Shown one piece after another: positions 1 through 20,314 of a stretch of DNA of 64,000 nt (the stretch's first letter is position 1; every line of letters starts with the position of its first letter). The translations under genes and the position numbers were made by a program. Source of the stretch: Rotaria socialis. Taxonomy: Eukaryota. The DNA is taken from assembly GCA_905331295.1 (NCBI GenBank), contig CAJNYD010000005.1:248001-312000 (forward strand), given 5' to 3'. The notes under the pieces were generated by a model. It did no database searches and was not told the DNA's origin. It saw nothing but the letters and a program-made list of their open reading frames with translations.

Positions 1-1931
1 AAGGTACTCTTTTTTTTGATGTTGTCAAGTGTACTGGCCAAAAGATAAGGCACAAGTGGCATCTTGTCATCATGATCATATATCTATGGATATATATACG
101 CACGATAAAGTGTGTCTATCAAATACTCAACTTGTTTTATTTCATTTCTAGAATTATTGTCATGCGCTTCGTCTTTATTGATCGTCATGTTAATAATGGC
201 GACAATAATTCATCGAGCAATGAAACAACATTATATTGATAATAAAGTCACTTTTCCTATTTCAAAAGGTATCAAACGATTACGAGATTATCAAGAGCAA
301 AAGCAATTAATAAAATGTGATCGATCATTAGAACATCGAAAAAAAGTTCAAAGAATTAATGAAAAAGAAGAAGAACAACATCAACAATATCATTGTCAAG
401 TTTATCTAAAATTATTTCCATCAACATTAAAATGTTCAGTTGATGTTATTGTTGAATCAATAAATAAGCAAACGAATAACAGTGATGATATTGATTCGAT
501 TTTAATAGCAAAAACTCGAATACCAAAAACAATTAAGCCAGGTTTGATTCAAAATAAATTATTTCTATTCTAAATTGAACATAATTTGTTTTCTTTTTCT
601 TTTTCTTTTTAAAGGAGTTATACGTGTTCGTCTGGTGTCGTCGTTATTTAGTGCCGATATTGATGTACATGAAGAACCATCTCTGATTAAACTTGAAACA
701 ATCAGAAATCAACCTTATCATAATCATTTTGATAAACAATTTGCTCTTATATTAAAAGTAAATTTAATCTTAATCTTATTATGAATCAAATAAATATCTT
801 TGAAAATATTTTATTTATTAGAACAGTCGAATCGGCCCAGGCGCTATTGGTAAATTATTTATTGAATCGTTAGATCCATCAAACGGGTCATATACGAATA
901 ATCCACCTATTTTTGAACTCAATCTTAATATGGCATCGGAGTATGAAATTCTTTTGACTTCATCACATCAGGTAGGCATCCGCTGTATGTTTAATGAAGT
1001 TGAAATGAGCAATCAGACTTTTGTATTGTTCTTTCTCCGATTGATATGAGAAACCGTGTGAAAGAATGATGATCATGTGTCAATATACGTATGGAACGAA
1101 AATGAGAATTGAAGCTGTATCAATAAGACTATATATAGGGAGAATGAAAAATAAAAAAGAAGAAGAAAAATATATGTTATTTGCATAATTTATTGCTAAA
1201 GAAATCAAACTGTTGAATCCAGGTAGTGTGATAGGAGAAAGGAAAAAATAGAGAAGAGAAAAGAAAAGATTGTATTAGATGATGCATGAATAAAATTGAA
1301 AAGACTATTGGACAAGTTCAAAAGTGTTGAAATATAATAGAAATGAATTTGTTATGTATTTTATTAAAAGAAATTCAAACGTCATTTTGAAGAGCTTTTT
1401 GTTTTATATGTTTACATAAGAATATTTGATCTATTGAACCGGAAAAACAATATTGCCTAAAGGAATAAACATATCATTTAATTCTCATTTAGAAAAGTGA
1501 CAATAATGCAATTTATACTTCTTTACAATGTGGTTGTATTCTTTCTTCGGATCAATCTTGCTTAAGTATCAGTGACAAATGCAATGTAAGGAATATTTAT
1601 TATTGCTTTTAATTATATATCTGTTTATTTTTAGTTGACATTAAACGATATGAAACTTATTCATCGTCTATCTGAACCTCTCCGTTGTTCATGGAAATCA
1701 ATTGGTCGCGAATTATCTCCTTGTTTTTCTGAAATTGATTTAGATGATTTCAATCAAAGATATTTTCTATCCGACGGAAATCAAGAATGTACTTATCAAC
1801 TATTACGAGAATGGTACATACGTGATCCTCATCAAGCAAATATTCGCTATTTACTAACTCGATTAAAACTTCCTTTTCACCTTATTATGACAATTCACAA
1901 CGATGTTGTGAAAACATTTTCTTCTTTCTAA
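1..1931 (+). CDS. Single-pass membrane protein with C-terminal death domain, 5' partial; exons approx 1-3, 152-541, 615-757, 822-971, 1635-1931
   Basis: GT-AG exons join in frame. Hydrophobic segment LLSCASSLLIVMLIMATII is followed by HRAMK. The last exon has a death-domain pattern (LSEPLRCSWKSIGREL...ECTYQLLREW...IRYLLTRL). Confidence 0.75.
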
Positions 1932-3892
1932 GATAGACAATTTATATGAGCATACTTAATGCATTCCAATCAGTCTGTGTACAGTGTTTTTTAATTTTTT
2001 GTTGTTGTTGTTGTAATTTGAGGCTTTTGAACTGTTTTTAATCTGTTTGCGTGTGTGTGTGTGTGTGCGAGTTTTACTGTTTTTCCTTGTCGCTAGCCGT
2101 CCAAAGGTGCCAGCCGATTGTAACAAAGAAAAAAAAGTGACCATATGGCCATTTTTTTGTACAAAAAGTCTTTTCTTTTACATGTGTGTGGGTTTTTTTT
2201 CTTTTTCAGTTCATTGTTTATCTAAAGTTTAAAAATACTATAGAAAAAATAAATAAACATGTTTGGACAAAAATTTTATGAATGAAAATGTTTTTGACCT
2301 TGTGGACGATTATATCAAAAATATTTTCATTTGGTACACTATAATTTATCTCTGATTCAGCACAGCTGAAATAAGATAAAGTTCGATATATATTATTCTT
2401 AAATACACGTGAAGGGTGCGTGTATGTCTGTGCATGTAGTAGTGACATGGTTTGGACGTATGTGTTCTCTTTGTACGGACGTCTACTCACATCTACACTT
2501 CACTGGCTTTCAAAGCAAAATTTTAGTTCATAATAAATAAAAAGTGAATCTTTTTTGATATAAGCAGATGAGTAATTGAGAAATTCTACTAAACCAATGA
2601 TCATGCATACGGTAAGAAAACTCAAGAAATAGCGTCTAATTTCTATCTTCGAATAACATTGTTCGACAGGATATGAACATAATTCTGTTATGTCGATTCA
2701 ATTTCAAGTCTTTTGAAGATATTTTTCCAGAAGATAAAGTTTTATGAATACATATTTTTTACATAAAAATCTTTTCAATTCAACGTTTATCAAGACATAT
2801 GTCGATGGATATCTCTTGTGTGCTACGAGACATAGATGTAAATATTGCAGGAAGAATTTCTCTACTCGTATCCCTTAGCTGGTTATAATTTCAATGGTAA
2901 TGATTGAAAGAAGGAGAATTTTCAATAAGTTTCTTGTTGCCTACTTTTAGATACATGTGATTCATTGAAAAAGATGACTTCATAAACCAGAAAAATTAAA
3001 ACCATTTAGTACGAAACTTTTATATGAAAAAGAGAGACGATTTTCTGTGTCCAGTGACGAGTTACAGACACTGAAGTTTCATTTTTATATTGAAATCCCT
3101 TTTTTCTCAAATTAAAGCACACTTTCAGCTTAGGGCTTCTTTGGATTCGGATCAAGCTGGATTTTTGAACGATCCTTACGATCAAGCTTCACTGACGAAT
3201 AAATATACGATGATTAGTGTTAATAGTTTTGATGTACTATTGCAACTAGAATATACAACATCTTCACTAAACACACTCCGATATGACTCATATTCCTATT
3301 AGTACTACTGCATTAAATATTGATTAAGATTGCAAAATTTCAAGTTAAATATAATATTTCTTACCTAGAACAAAATGAGCTAGCTTGATATGCCGATAAA
3401 TTACTCAAAACAAGATGTGCTTTTACCCAAAAATGCAAGCATTAATTCATCTGATATCTGTAACATCCATTTTTTGTTTCATAGTTAGTATGCGCTGAAA
3501 AATGTTCGCTCTTTCCTCGATGCTGTAGATAGTAAGAAGTAGGAGAAACTGTGGAACATTCACTACTGTTGTACTAAAAGTATTTTTTGAAACATATCGA
3601 TATCTTACATTTATATTTCGCAGAATGAAATAATATCAGTTTGTTGCTTCAGTATGTCATTTGTATTGAACATTTAATAATCGAAATCGGCTAAGAGACG
3701 TTATTTTTGTGTAATAATGCGCATGTGAGTACAGATGTGGGATATGGAAGTGGATATAAAATCAGACTGTGACAGTAGAGGTCTGCGGTTCCACATTTTG
3801 TGGAATCGGGAACCGAACCGGAACCGCTAAAGGAACCGTGGAACCATTTCTTTTATATAATCACTTACATCAAGTTTTTTCTCAAGCTACTA

Positions 3893-4235
3893 CCCAGGTC
3901 GATGATTCCGGTCTCCAGATCCTTCCGGAACCGGTCTGGAAACGGCTTTTTTTCCAGCGATTTCCCACCGATTTTCTAGTAGTTCCCACCGGATCCTGCA
4001 GGAAAAACAATAGGAAGTGGAAGCAGTATTCCATCCGGAAAAACCGTACCCTGAACCCTCAACTTCCTCGCAAATCCAGTCATAGGAAACTCTAAGGAAC
4101 ATACAGTGATCCTAGAGGAACAGGGAGGAGGAAATCAGGAATGCCAGCGGAAACATTCACATCAAAAACGGAAACGCAAAGGATACTGATGCGATAAACC
4201 GGAAGCATAATGGAATGCACGATTCTGCATCCTGA
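3893..4235. mobile_element. Non-autonomous DNA transposon (CCCAGG-terminus MITE family); right end uncertain
   Basis: Starts CCCAGGTCGATGATTCCGG, the same terminus as the 5797-6093 element. GC-richer than the flanks, with CCGGA/GGAA motifs. Confidence 0.55.
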
Positions 4236-5796
4236 AACAAATATGAAAGATCTACGAAGATCACTAGAGATCTTTATTGTGACTACCTTATTTATAAGGT
4301 ATTTCTGTGATTAGAAGATCCAAATTGGTAGAAAATCATATTCTAAGATCTTTTCACGGAGAAACGCTGCAATTCGAGCTTGATTTAAGCTCGAAATCGT
4401 GATTTTACTAATGCAGATATTCGAAGATGATTTGTTCTATTTACCTTAATTAGATGATATTCTGCTGATGGAGAGTACGACACTGATTGTAAATGTTGCT
4501 CAAGGAAGATTTATAACAAGTCCAAAGTACTATGTCGATTCTTGTTTTTAATTATCATCGATTAATATTAGAAATGGGGTTGGAATGATTTTGAGAAAGT
4601 TTTGGTATAAAAAAAAGTATGCGAAGCGTTACCTGTGACTTACCTGAACAGATGTGTTGCGCCTCTGGGGTTGGAACTTTGCATACTCAATCATGTGGAT
4701 AGATTGGTGATCTTCAGGGTGATCATGTATCGCTAGGTCAGTTGGAAGAGTCTCAGCCAGACTTGAAGGCACTTTACTAGTAGCTGCATGCACGAGTGAT
4801 TGAACTTGTAAGTGTCGAACACGCATATATATATAGGTGAAGGTCGGCTTCTATGGAGCCTGAAGACTGTTTTAGTATTTCAATACTTTTTTTTGAGCGC
4901 TCTCGTTTTTGACATATCTAACTCGGTTGGATTCGGAGAGAATGGACTTTCTCAGGGGTGCTGGCTTAGCATTTGTATTTAGAACATACTAATACTTTTT
5001 TCATTAGTATTAAAATAATATATTAATACTTTTGTATTAGTATTAGGAGTATTAGTTAACACCTTCGTATTAGTATTTAAATAACTATTAATATAATACT
5101 AATACCTATTGTGATTATGTAGCGTCTTATCAATATATCAATTTAGAGTTAGAGTTACTGTCAGTTTCTATTTATTGAGATTTTGTTTCTAACATTTATT
5201 TAAGAAAAATATTGTATTTGTATCTGGCTGCGATAGATCTGCATGGATATTTTCTTCAGAGACGACAATTTCTTTTATCAAATATTGATTTTGATTAATG
5301 GAAAGTCCATTCTGAGAGTCTTTTAGGGTGTGAGCATCATATATCACGCACATTCTATATGATAAATGGCGAAGTAAATAATTATATTTTCGTGAAAGAT
5401 GTACTACAGGTTTTTTTAAATTTATCCTAACTATGAATATTTAAATATTTATCAAACAAGTAACGCGGCGCAAGCGCCGTTAACCCTCTACTGAAAGGAT
5501 TTTACTAGCTTAGCCTGGCGTGGGTGTGGGTGTTTGTATCAATGAAGCCCTGAACAACGCCCTCAAACCCACACCCGCCATCTAGTTTCCCGCCGTACGA
5601 TTTGGACCTGGATATTGAAAAAGAAACGATTCGCAACTCATGTCAGGCGTGATTCTATACTGATCTTGAGGCGGAGATACAAATTTTGTGGTCACCTACC
5701 TCAGCAAGCATGGCCAATACCCACATATTATATATCATAACCACACTTTGATAGATAAACGGTTCCACGGTTCCTTATAGTAAATTTGATACGATT

Positions 5797-6093
5797 CCCA
5801 GGACAAACATTCCGGCCACCGGATCCCGTAGGATACTCCAGGGAATATGCTGAAAAGTCACCATATCCTGCAGGAAAACACGGGAAATCGCTGGAACATG
5901 GAAGTAGTATTCCGGTCAAAAATACGGCCGGACTTTTCCGGAGAATTTCTGCCAAGTTCCGGTGCTTTCCGGCAGGAATTGAGCGGAAATCACCGGAAAA
6001 ACTGCAAAGAATTCCCAACTGGAATACTGCTTCCACAAAATCAACGGAACTACCCGGAACCGGCCGTTTCCAAGCCGGACTGTTCGACCTGGG
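5797..6093. mobile_element. MITE with CCCAGG terminal inverted repeats
   Basis: Left end CCCAGGACAAACATTCCGG; right end reverse-complements to CCCAGGTCGAACAGTCCGG; TT flanks both sides (possible 2-bp TSD). Confidence 0.7.
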
Positions 6094-6746
6094 TTGTACT
6101 TCTATTTTTGGGTCATTTCAAACAGAATGTCTAAAAAAATGTCGATGAAAGATCTCCATCATTTAAAGAAGCAAACAAAAACAGAAGCCGACCTAATAAA
6201 AAACAAAGGTATGAACTCTATAGAGAGTACTAAAATTAAACGACTCCAACGTTTCAAAAGAAGTATATTTGAATGCATCTTGCAGTCATTAAATTGTATA
6301 AATTTAACAATACATTTTTTTGTCATTTCATCTTATGAATCTTTTTCGTAAACCACTCAGGTAGAGAAGAAACAGTGATGATACTACCAAAGAGAGTTTT
6401 TCATATTTTGGGTTTGGATGTGAGAGCATGAATGGAAGTGGGTTCTCGCCTCATAGCGAACCAGAAATTTCAGATTAAGAATTGATTAGATGTTATTGAT
6501 TCAAATTTTATTCGCAAAAAATGGCTTTAATGTAAAAACAGAGTGCGCATTGTTTTATTATAAAGAAATAAGTTCTCTGTAAAAAATAAGTTAAAAATAA
6601 TTCCTAAATCCACCAAAGAAAGCATATAAAAGTTACACATTGATTATGTATCACCAAATTATATATTTCAAAATTTCATTTATACTTATTTTGAATTAAT
6701 GTGCAAGTTCAATAGCATTTGTTCATCCGGTCATTTTTTTAAATAA

Positions 6747-7132
6747 TTATATAGAAAGATATTTATAAATGATTAAATATCCAATAAAAGTTAAGTCGCT
6801 TAATGTTGCTATACAGTTAACAATTAATGTAATACAAAATCATATACTTGCTTTTGCATAATTTTGTTTTCTTTTTAGTTCATTTGTGCGAATAGAACAT
6901 CCAATAGCTATGAGGCCTAAAATAACCGAACCGAATATTGCATTTAAGTAAGACCATATAAACCATTCTCGAAGTGATTTAATCGCTTTATGATCGCTAG
7001 GTTCATTTATACATTCTGTTACACTGTGATTATCTAATAATTGATCATCATCGTCCACACTTTGAGTTTTATATTTCACTTCAGTATTTTAAAATATACG
7101 AGTCAGTTGTGATGTTCTACACTTCTACTCAT
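6747..7132 (-). pseudogene. CD225/dispanin (IFITM-like) pseudogene
   Basis: REWFIWSYLNAIFGSVILGLIAIGCSIRTNELKRKQNYAKASI*FCITLIVNCIATL...FIGYLII fits CD225. In-frame TGA at 6840-6842, a TAA just upstream of the ORF, and a frameshift relative to the ATG near 7132. Confidence 0.7.
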
Positions 7133-9516
7133 AAACCTAAAAAATGCTCTATCCCGTTGAAGTCAGATTATTTATCGGATAAATACAAGAACGGAAACGA
7201 GTATATAAATATGTCATTATTTCCGTAAGCGTCCACAAAATCACAAAAAAAATATAAATGGATGCCACGAATAAATATAGTGCATAAACCAAAGAAAAAA
7301 AAGAGAAAAAAAGTCATTATTACTACGTGCTCTTATCGCGATTCTATTTGAACAAAATTTTTTTAATGCAAAAATAACGTCAAAATATATACTCTAGATT
7401 TTGAAAGACAATAAATATTCAGAATATAAAAACTATTTGAATGTCTAGATATCAAAAGAAGTATTTCGTCAACATTTTTTCAAACAAAGTAAAAATTCGT
7501 AAAAAAAAACATATACCGAAATAAAATTATATAGTTTTTTATGTAAGAGATTTTAGCCTTAGAGAATTCAGTGGCTCTATGGTATTTTTTCAAATTTATG
7601 AACTTAAAAAGGCACGTAATTATGACATAGTATGACCAGAGCGTATATCTTGATGCATATAATGTATTGCTTTAAAAAAACGTAGTAGCTATTAAACAGT
7701 TAGTTCAAGAAATGAGTAAATTAACTCAAAATTTTATGAACACGAAACTTGCTAGTCTAGATCAGATATAGAAATGGTAAACAAATATTTTTTCTATTGC
7801 GTCAATCCTATATACGGATTTTACCGTTCCGACATTGAAGAAAATGTTTATGATGCTGTAGTTACTATTCTTCTAGTTCGACTACCAATCAATCGATATG
7901 AATAGTTTAGCATGAAAGTTGTTTAATAAAAAATCTGATTAAATGTTCTTGAATCATGAACTTCACGCTCATTAAGATAATATTAATACAGTAATTTATT
8001 ATGTTATTGAAGCAAATTTTAACATAAAGTAGTGATCGGAAAGAACCCTTTGACGAGTTGTCTTTTTTGTGGGTGTAGTAATTCGAATTAACCATGATAT
8101 TCTTTATAGACCTGTCTATTATGAATAGCCATTTCTAACAGCAAAAAGTAGCCTTTGTTATGGATATGCATAGATTCTACATAGAAGAGAATAATGTAAA
8201 AATGTATGAGATATAATCATTGCAGATCAAGATGAATATTCATAGATAATGATATCAATGATCAATAGTCAATAACTATTTTTACAGGTGACGCCCAGCT
8301 TTCCTATCTTAAATCTTAATCTGATGTTTAAGATCGTTCTAAATATGATATTCTAGAAGTTCATAATTAAAGGTATGCGTGCAGGTGGGAGATGAGACGA
8401 AGTGTATAATACCTAATAACGGAAAGATCTCTTCGGATTATCCAATAGCAAGGTTGATACTGATTATCTGATTATTCAATTTCATGCTATCGCAGCACGA
8501 ATTTCCTCTTCATATCCATATATTTTTACTACAAGGTACTCCCTACTGGTATCATCAATATTTATTGATTGTATGGATGTTTCTTTTTCTATTTTACGAT
8601 TCTCGAAATAGTTGATGGAAAAGTAGTTGAAACGAAAGAAAAATTGGAATCAAAATCAAAATTTTTTCTCAATCAATTGGAATCTATTAAAATAACTTTA
8701 TCAATCATTAGAAACGACAGCTTTTTGGCATTTTTTTGAAAATAATCGAAAATTTATTAATTAAAAATAAGAGAAATTGATTTAAATATTTAAAATATTA
8801 TTGATGTGTATGTGTTCGAAACAAAAAAAAGCTAAATTAATAGTTTCATTACAGATAATGAACTTATTTAACAAATATCAATGAATAATATTATTATCTT
8901 TGATAAAAATCAATCTGCTCATATGTGCATCTATTATTCAACATTTGCTAAAGACAACACAAGACAAAGAACTTCATTATCTGACTGATCGGTGTGTATT
9001 TTCGACATAAAAAAAAACTCGATAAGATATATCTACAGACACGAAAAACAATTTTCTGAGAAATAAAACGCTGATAAAAATTGTTTGAGGTTCATTCATT
9101 TCGTTGATTATTTCGTGAATATGTACAAAAAAATACTGAAATTGAAATGAGTAATGTGAGATAAGAATAGTCGAATATTAATTTTGTCAAGAGTATTAAG
9201 TAAAAGCATCATTCACCTACTTGTTCAAATACGAACATTGAAAGACACGAATTACTTCGAGGCTTCTTTGATTTGTTTCTGTTATTCTTACAGGTAGTTC
9301 ATTAAGGGCATAGCTATACATTATCGATAGGTCTTCTTTCTGTGTTCTACCATAAAAGGTCATTAAAAATGAAAAGAAAAGAAGAATACCGGGCAGATTC
9401 TTAGCGACGTTCATATAAAGGATTCATCAAACATAAAACGATTATTCGCCGAAAGCAAATACTACGTCTTATGTTCTGTTAATTGAAAAAACAGTCGATA
9501 AGTGATTGAATATGCA

Positions 9517-11971
9517 ATGATGGAAACACAAGCTTCTTCTGAAAATATAATAAAAAGACCATTTCATTTACAAGAACACGAAGAACTGATGATGGTTGAA
9601 CAAGTGAAGCAGTCATTTGACTCTATTACAAGAAAAATCGACGAAGACAAAAACTTAATATTGGATAGACAAATCATAAAAGAAATTGTAGATTTAGCTA
9701 TTCAATCAAATGAAAAACATTTATGTGATTCTAGTATTATCGATCATCGTGCCTTTTTTATTTTACGTGATTACTTTTTAAATCTTCTACAACGTTGGCG
9801 CTTCGGTGAAGTATTCGATGATACATCTTATTTTATTTTCGAATCTATTTCGAGTTTATTTCTAAAAATGTCGAGTCATATATCGAATGGAAATCTATCT
9901 ACATTAAAAGAATTAATTTTTCATGAAACATTTCTCAATGAAATGAATCGATTTTTTGACGAATTATCGGTGAATGGTAAATATCTAGAAGATCATCAAA
10001 TTAAAAGTATGGATAATTTATTGAGAACGATTCAACGTCTTGAAAGAATTAATTTCGATACTAAAAAAGATTATTTATTTGATAATATAGTTAAATGTAT
10101 TTGTTCATCATCATTTATTGAAATATTTCTTCAATCTGTAAATCAAGACAATGAAGATGTAGGGCACAGATTTTTATTAAATACATGCACTGATTACATA
10201 TATTCTCATTCAACTGATCAAAAACATAAACAAAGTTTAATTGACATTCGTCAAACACTTCTTCGTCCATTTACTCAATGGTTAATTCAGCAATCATCGT
10301 TGTTTCGCTTTTGGAATAATCGAATGCTTATTACTTTACGTCAGATTTGTTTCTTATTAACACTTAGTATTCAACTTAATCGATTGATTCTTCTTGATAA
10401 AGATATATTAGATGATTATTATCAAATAATTGATTCATTTGTTAATATTCTTTATTCAATAATTCAATCTGAGAATAAAACCAATAATAAATTATCGCAA
10501 TCATTAATAGGAACAATAATACCAAATATATACACAATGACATTATCGAAACAATTAGAAAAATATATTCAAAATAAACATATTATTTCATTAATATTAA
10601 AATTAACTGATTTTGAAAATGATGAAATACAATTAAATGCATTTAAAATTCTTTCTTCAATTACAACGGAACAAGAAACAAAAAATATTGTTTATTCCAA
10701 TACTATTGCAAGTCTTTTCATTAAATTTCTTAATAAAGTTATTGATGATTCAAATCAAACATTAAGATTTTATAATTTGCTTCGATCTCTCAAAAGTAAG
10801 TTTAGATAATTTTGAATTTATTCATTTCTGAATACATAAAAGAAGACAATTTGTATTAGGTTTAATTCAATATGATCAAATTACAGATGAACTGACAAAA
10901 CAGAATGGCCTACCTTTAATAATGCGTTGTGCAACAGATAGTAAATTTAAACCTATTCAAGTACAACAACCTGCTTTAGAAATTCTTTTTATTCTTACAT
11001 TTAATAACGAAGCTTATCAGCGTCTTAAATCATATTCTACGGAAATAAAACCATTTTTATCTTCATCTCATCAACGAATATCACAGGTTGCTGATATGAT
11101 TTTGTGGAAACTAGAAAAAGAAGAACAAGCACTTACAAAACCGAATATTCAAGATAGAAATTATAAATATGATATTATTTTATCCTATTCACAATCTGAT
11201 AAAGATTTATGTCTTCGCATTTATGATGAACTTATGAGTGATGATTTTCGAGTTTGGATTGATCAAGATGAAAATTTTACAATGACTATGAATGAAAAAT
11301 GTGAAATCATTGACGAATGTGAATATTTTATAATGTGTGCATCAGAAACATATAAACAAAATGCATTTTGTCGATCTGAAGCATCTTTTGCATTTGAACG
11401 ACAATTAAAAATAATTCCTATCATTGTTTTATCTAATTATCGTCCAGATGGTTGGTTGAATCGTATAATTAATGGGAAAATTCCAATTGATTTCACTAAA
11501 CTTGGTTTTGAATTAGCAAAATCAAAATTAAAAAACGATATAGATCGTCAAAGAAAATTTACAAAAATGAAACAAATAAAAGATTCAATTTCAATAGATA
11601 TTCCGGTAGATAGTTCACAAGACAAGTAAGAATTTTATTTTCAATTCTTTTCTTTTGTTTTAGTTAATATCTTGATTTAATTAAGTGACATTCCATCTCG
11701 AATTGATCAATGGACGAAAAATCATGTTAAATTATTTTTAATAGGAAAGAATTTAAATCCTCTTTTAGAAATATTTTCTGAAATGAATGGCAATCTTTTA
11801 CACGAATTATATCTTATGTGTTTATCGAATAGAGAATCAATGTTTCATACATTAAAAACAGAAATTTCCACATTATATTCCAATAATCAACCATTAACAC
11901 TTATTATCTATCTTCGTTTTCTGAATGAAATTCAAAAATATATTCCAACATTTGCTATTAATCAAAAATAA
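9517..11971 (+). CDS. TIR-domain protein: helical/ARM-like N-terminus, TIR_2, C-terminal SAM-like domain; exons 9517-10795, 10860-11625, 11686-11971
   Basis: TIR motifs YDIILSYSQSDK, FRVWID, FIMCASETYKQNAFCRSEA, KIIPI..Y.PDGWL. ARM-like segments (EIQLNAFKILSSI, VQQPALEILFILTFN). IDQWTKNHVKLFL is a SAM-like start. Introns are in phase. Confidence 0.9.
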
Positions 11972-12048
11972 TAAAAGAAAAAAGAAGTTTCAATCTTTAC
12001 AAGAAAGTTTAACAATCAGAAAAGGAAAAATACTCATTTAAAGATTTT

Positions 12049-18558
<6,510 letters not shown>

Positions 18559-18864
18559 CTCTCTTATATTAGGCAATTCATTTTCAATGATCTCAAAGAG
18601 AAATAAAATATTTTTCTTGATTGAATTTTCCAAAGGGACTTTTGTTTTTTTTTAGTAAGAAAAAAAAAGTTAGTGAATGTTGTTTGAAGATGAGACCCAT
18701 GAAGAAGGTATACGTACATTAATGTTATAGAGTACAGAAAGAAAAAGAAAAAAAGGAGGAGTGCATTCATAAAATTTCATGGTATTCAACTGTGACAAAG
18801 TAGAAGAGAAAAAGAACATGACACAAAAAACGAAGACATAGTCAAGTTTTGTTCCAATGTTAGC

Positions 18865-20314
18865 TTATTTTTCCTCGCACCATTCGTTTTCTTTTTTGAT
18901 TTGTTCTTCCTAAAGAAAAAAAGAACAAGAGTTTATTTATTTTATTTATTTATTAAAATAAATCAAACCTCTTGAGGTGTGAAATCATTTTTGATATTGA
19001 ATGTACGCCGAATTTCTTCTGGCGTTTTGCCTTTGATCATGTTTGCAACTGTTTTGCATGTTACATCAAGTAACCCTTTTATATCTAAGTAGTTAGCAGC
19101 CTGAATATTAAAAAACAAAAACACTTTCTAAACTATCAAAAGAAAAAAACTACGAACCAGAATAAGTTCAAAAAGTGTTCCTTGATCAACTTTTAGAAAA
19201 TCTTGATCCCATGATGAAATATCATTTGTATTTTTTTCACGATTTTCATCATCTTCTGGTGGTGGTGGATCATCTTTATGATGAGTTGCCCATTGAATAA
19301 CCTAAATTTCAATTATGAGACACCTTTTACTTTTGCAATATACGAATCTTTTTTTATTTATTTTTGATTATACATTCTAATCAACGATAAACCAAACGAA
19401 CAAACTTCATCTATTAATATAAAATTATTCAGAACTACTTTTTGGTTGTATGAGATTTTTATTCTTGACCGAATAAAACAAAAACTGATTTCTAACAATA
19501 TGTGACATAATAAAGTTGAAAATAAAGAAATCATACAGATCTCTATCGTCCTCAACAACGTTTTGGTTTTAATAATAATAGCCATCATTTGTACAGAATT
19601 TCAAAATAACCGAATATTTTCTTGGTTTATTCAAAAACAATAGAATCTTTTCATTTATCTTCATTCAATAAATGAAGAGTTATGAATTAGAATTATGCAT
19701 CAATTTTACTTCGGTAATCAACATTTAGCTAGGTATGTTTATTTTACTATGATGAACTTTATTCTCAGACAGCTGAGTCTCATCATCATCAAATAAATAA
19801 ATTGATTTAATCTAAGCAATATACAAGAACTGTGGATCAATTTATACTTGTTTTGTTATATGTTGAGTTGCGTGTCATTTTAATTCTTACAACTATTATG
19901 CAAATTCATGTTTCAGACTGTATAATGTGAAAATAAAAATCTGCTATAACATTCTAACTTATTTTCTAGTTCCTTTAGTTAACAAAAAACTTTGTATCTA
20001 TTCAAATAAAAGAATAATTTTTGTATCCTTTAAATTCTCTTTTGTTTGTATTCTAATCTCTTTCTAAGCGTAGGAATTTAATTAAAATATTTACTTTTTT
20101 TAAAATGGCCGAATTGACGTTTGGTAATGGAATCACATCTTCTTCTTCGTCCATTCCAAGATCTTTAAAAGATTCTTTGTTTTTGATATAATAAAAATTA
20201 AAAACTTTTACCTTCTAACATAGTTTTTATTGTTGCCGATTGTTTAGCAATCTCAACTTCAACATCAAAAGTATCCCCGTCACTTGACTGTAATTTTATT
20301 TTATGTCCAGCCAT
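18865..20314 (-). CDS. SKP1: S-phase kinase-associated protein 1; 5 coding exons approx 20314-20212, 20163-20096, 19301-19158, 19100-18969, 18909-18865
   Basis: [32 protein letters not shown]...[20 protein letters not shown]...[76 protein letters not shown]. Confidence 0.97.

Noticed and set aside
5728..6148. Overlapping ORFs on both strands (also 3769-4102, 42510-42818, 58453-58901)
   Set aside because: They fall within GC-richer MITEs and have no protein-family features.
8281..8600. Possible degraded integrase-like fragment
   Set aside because: Too many stops and shifts; the similarity is only impressionistic.
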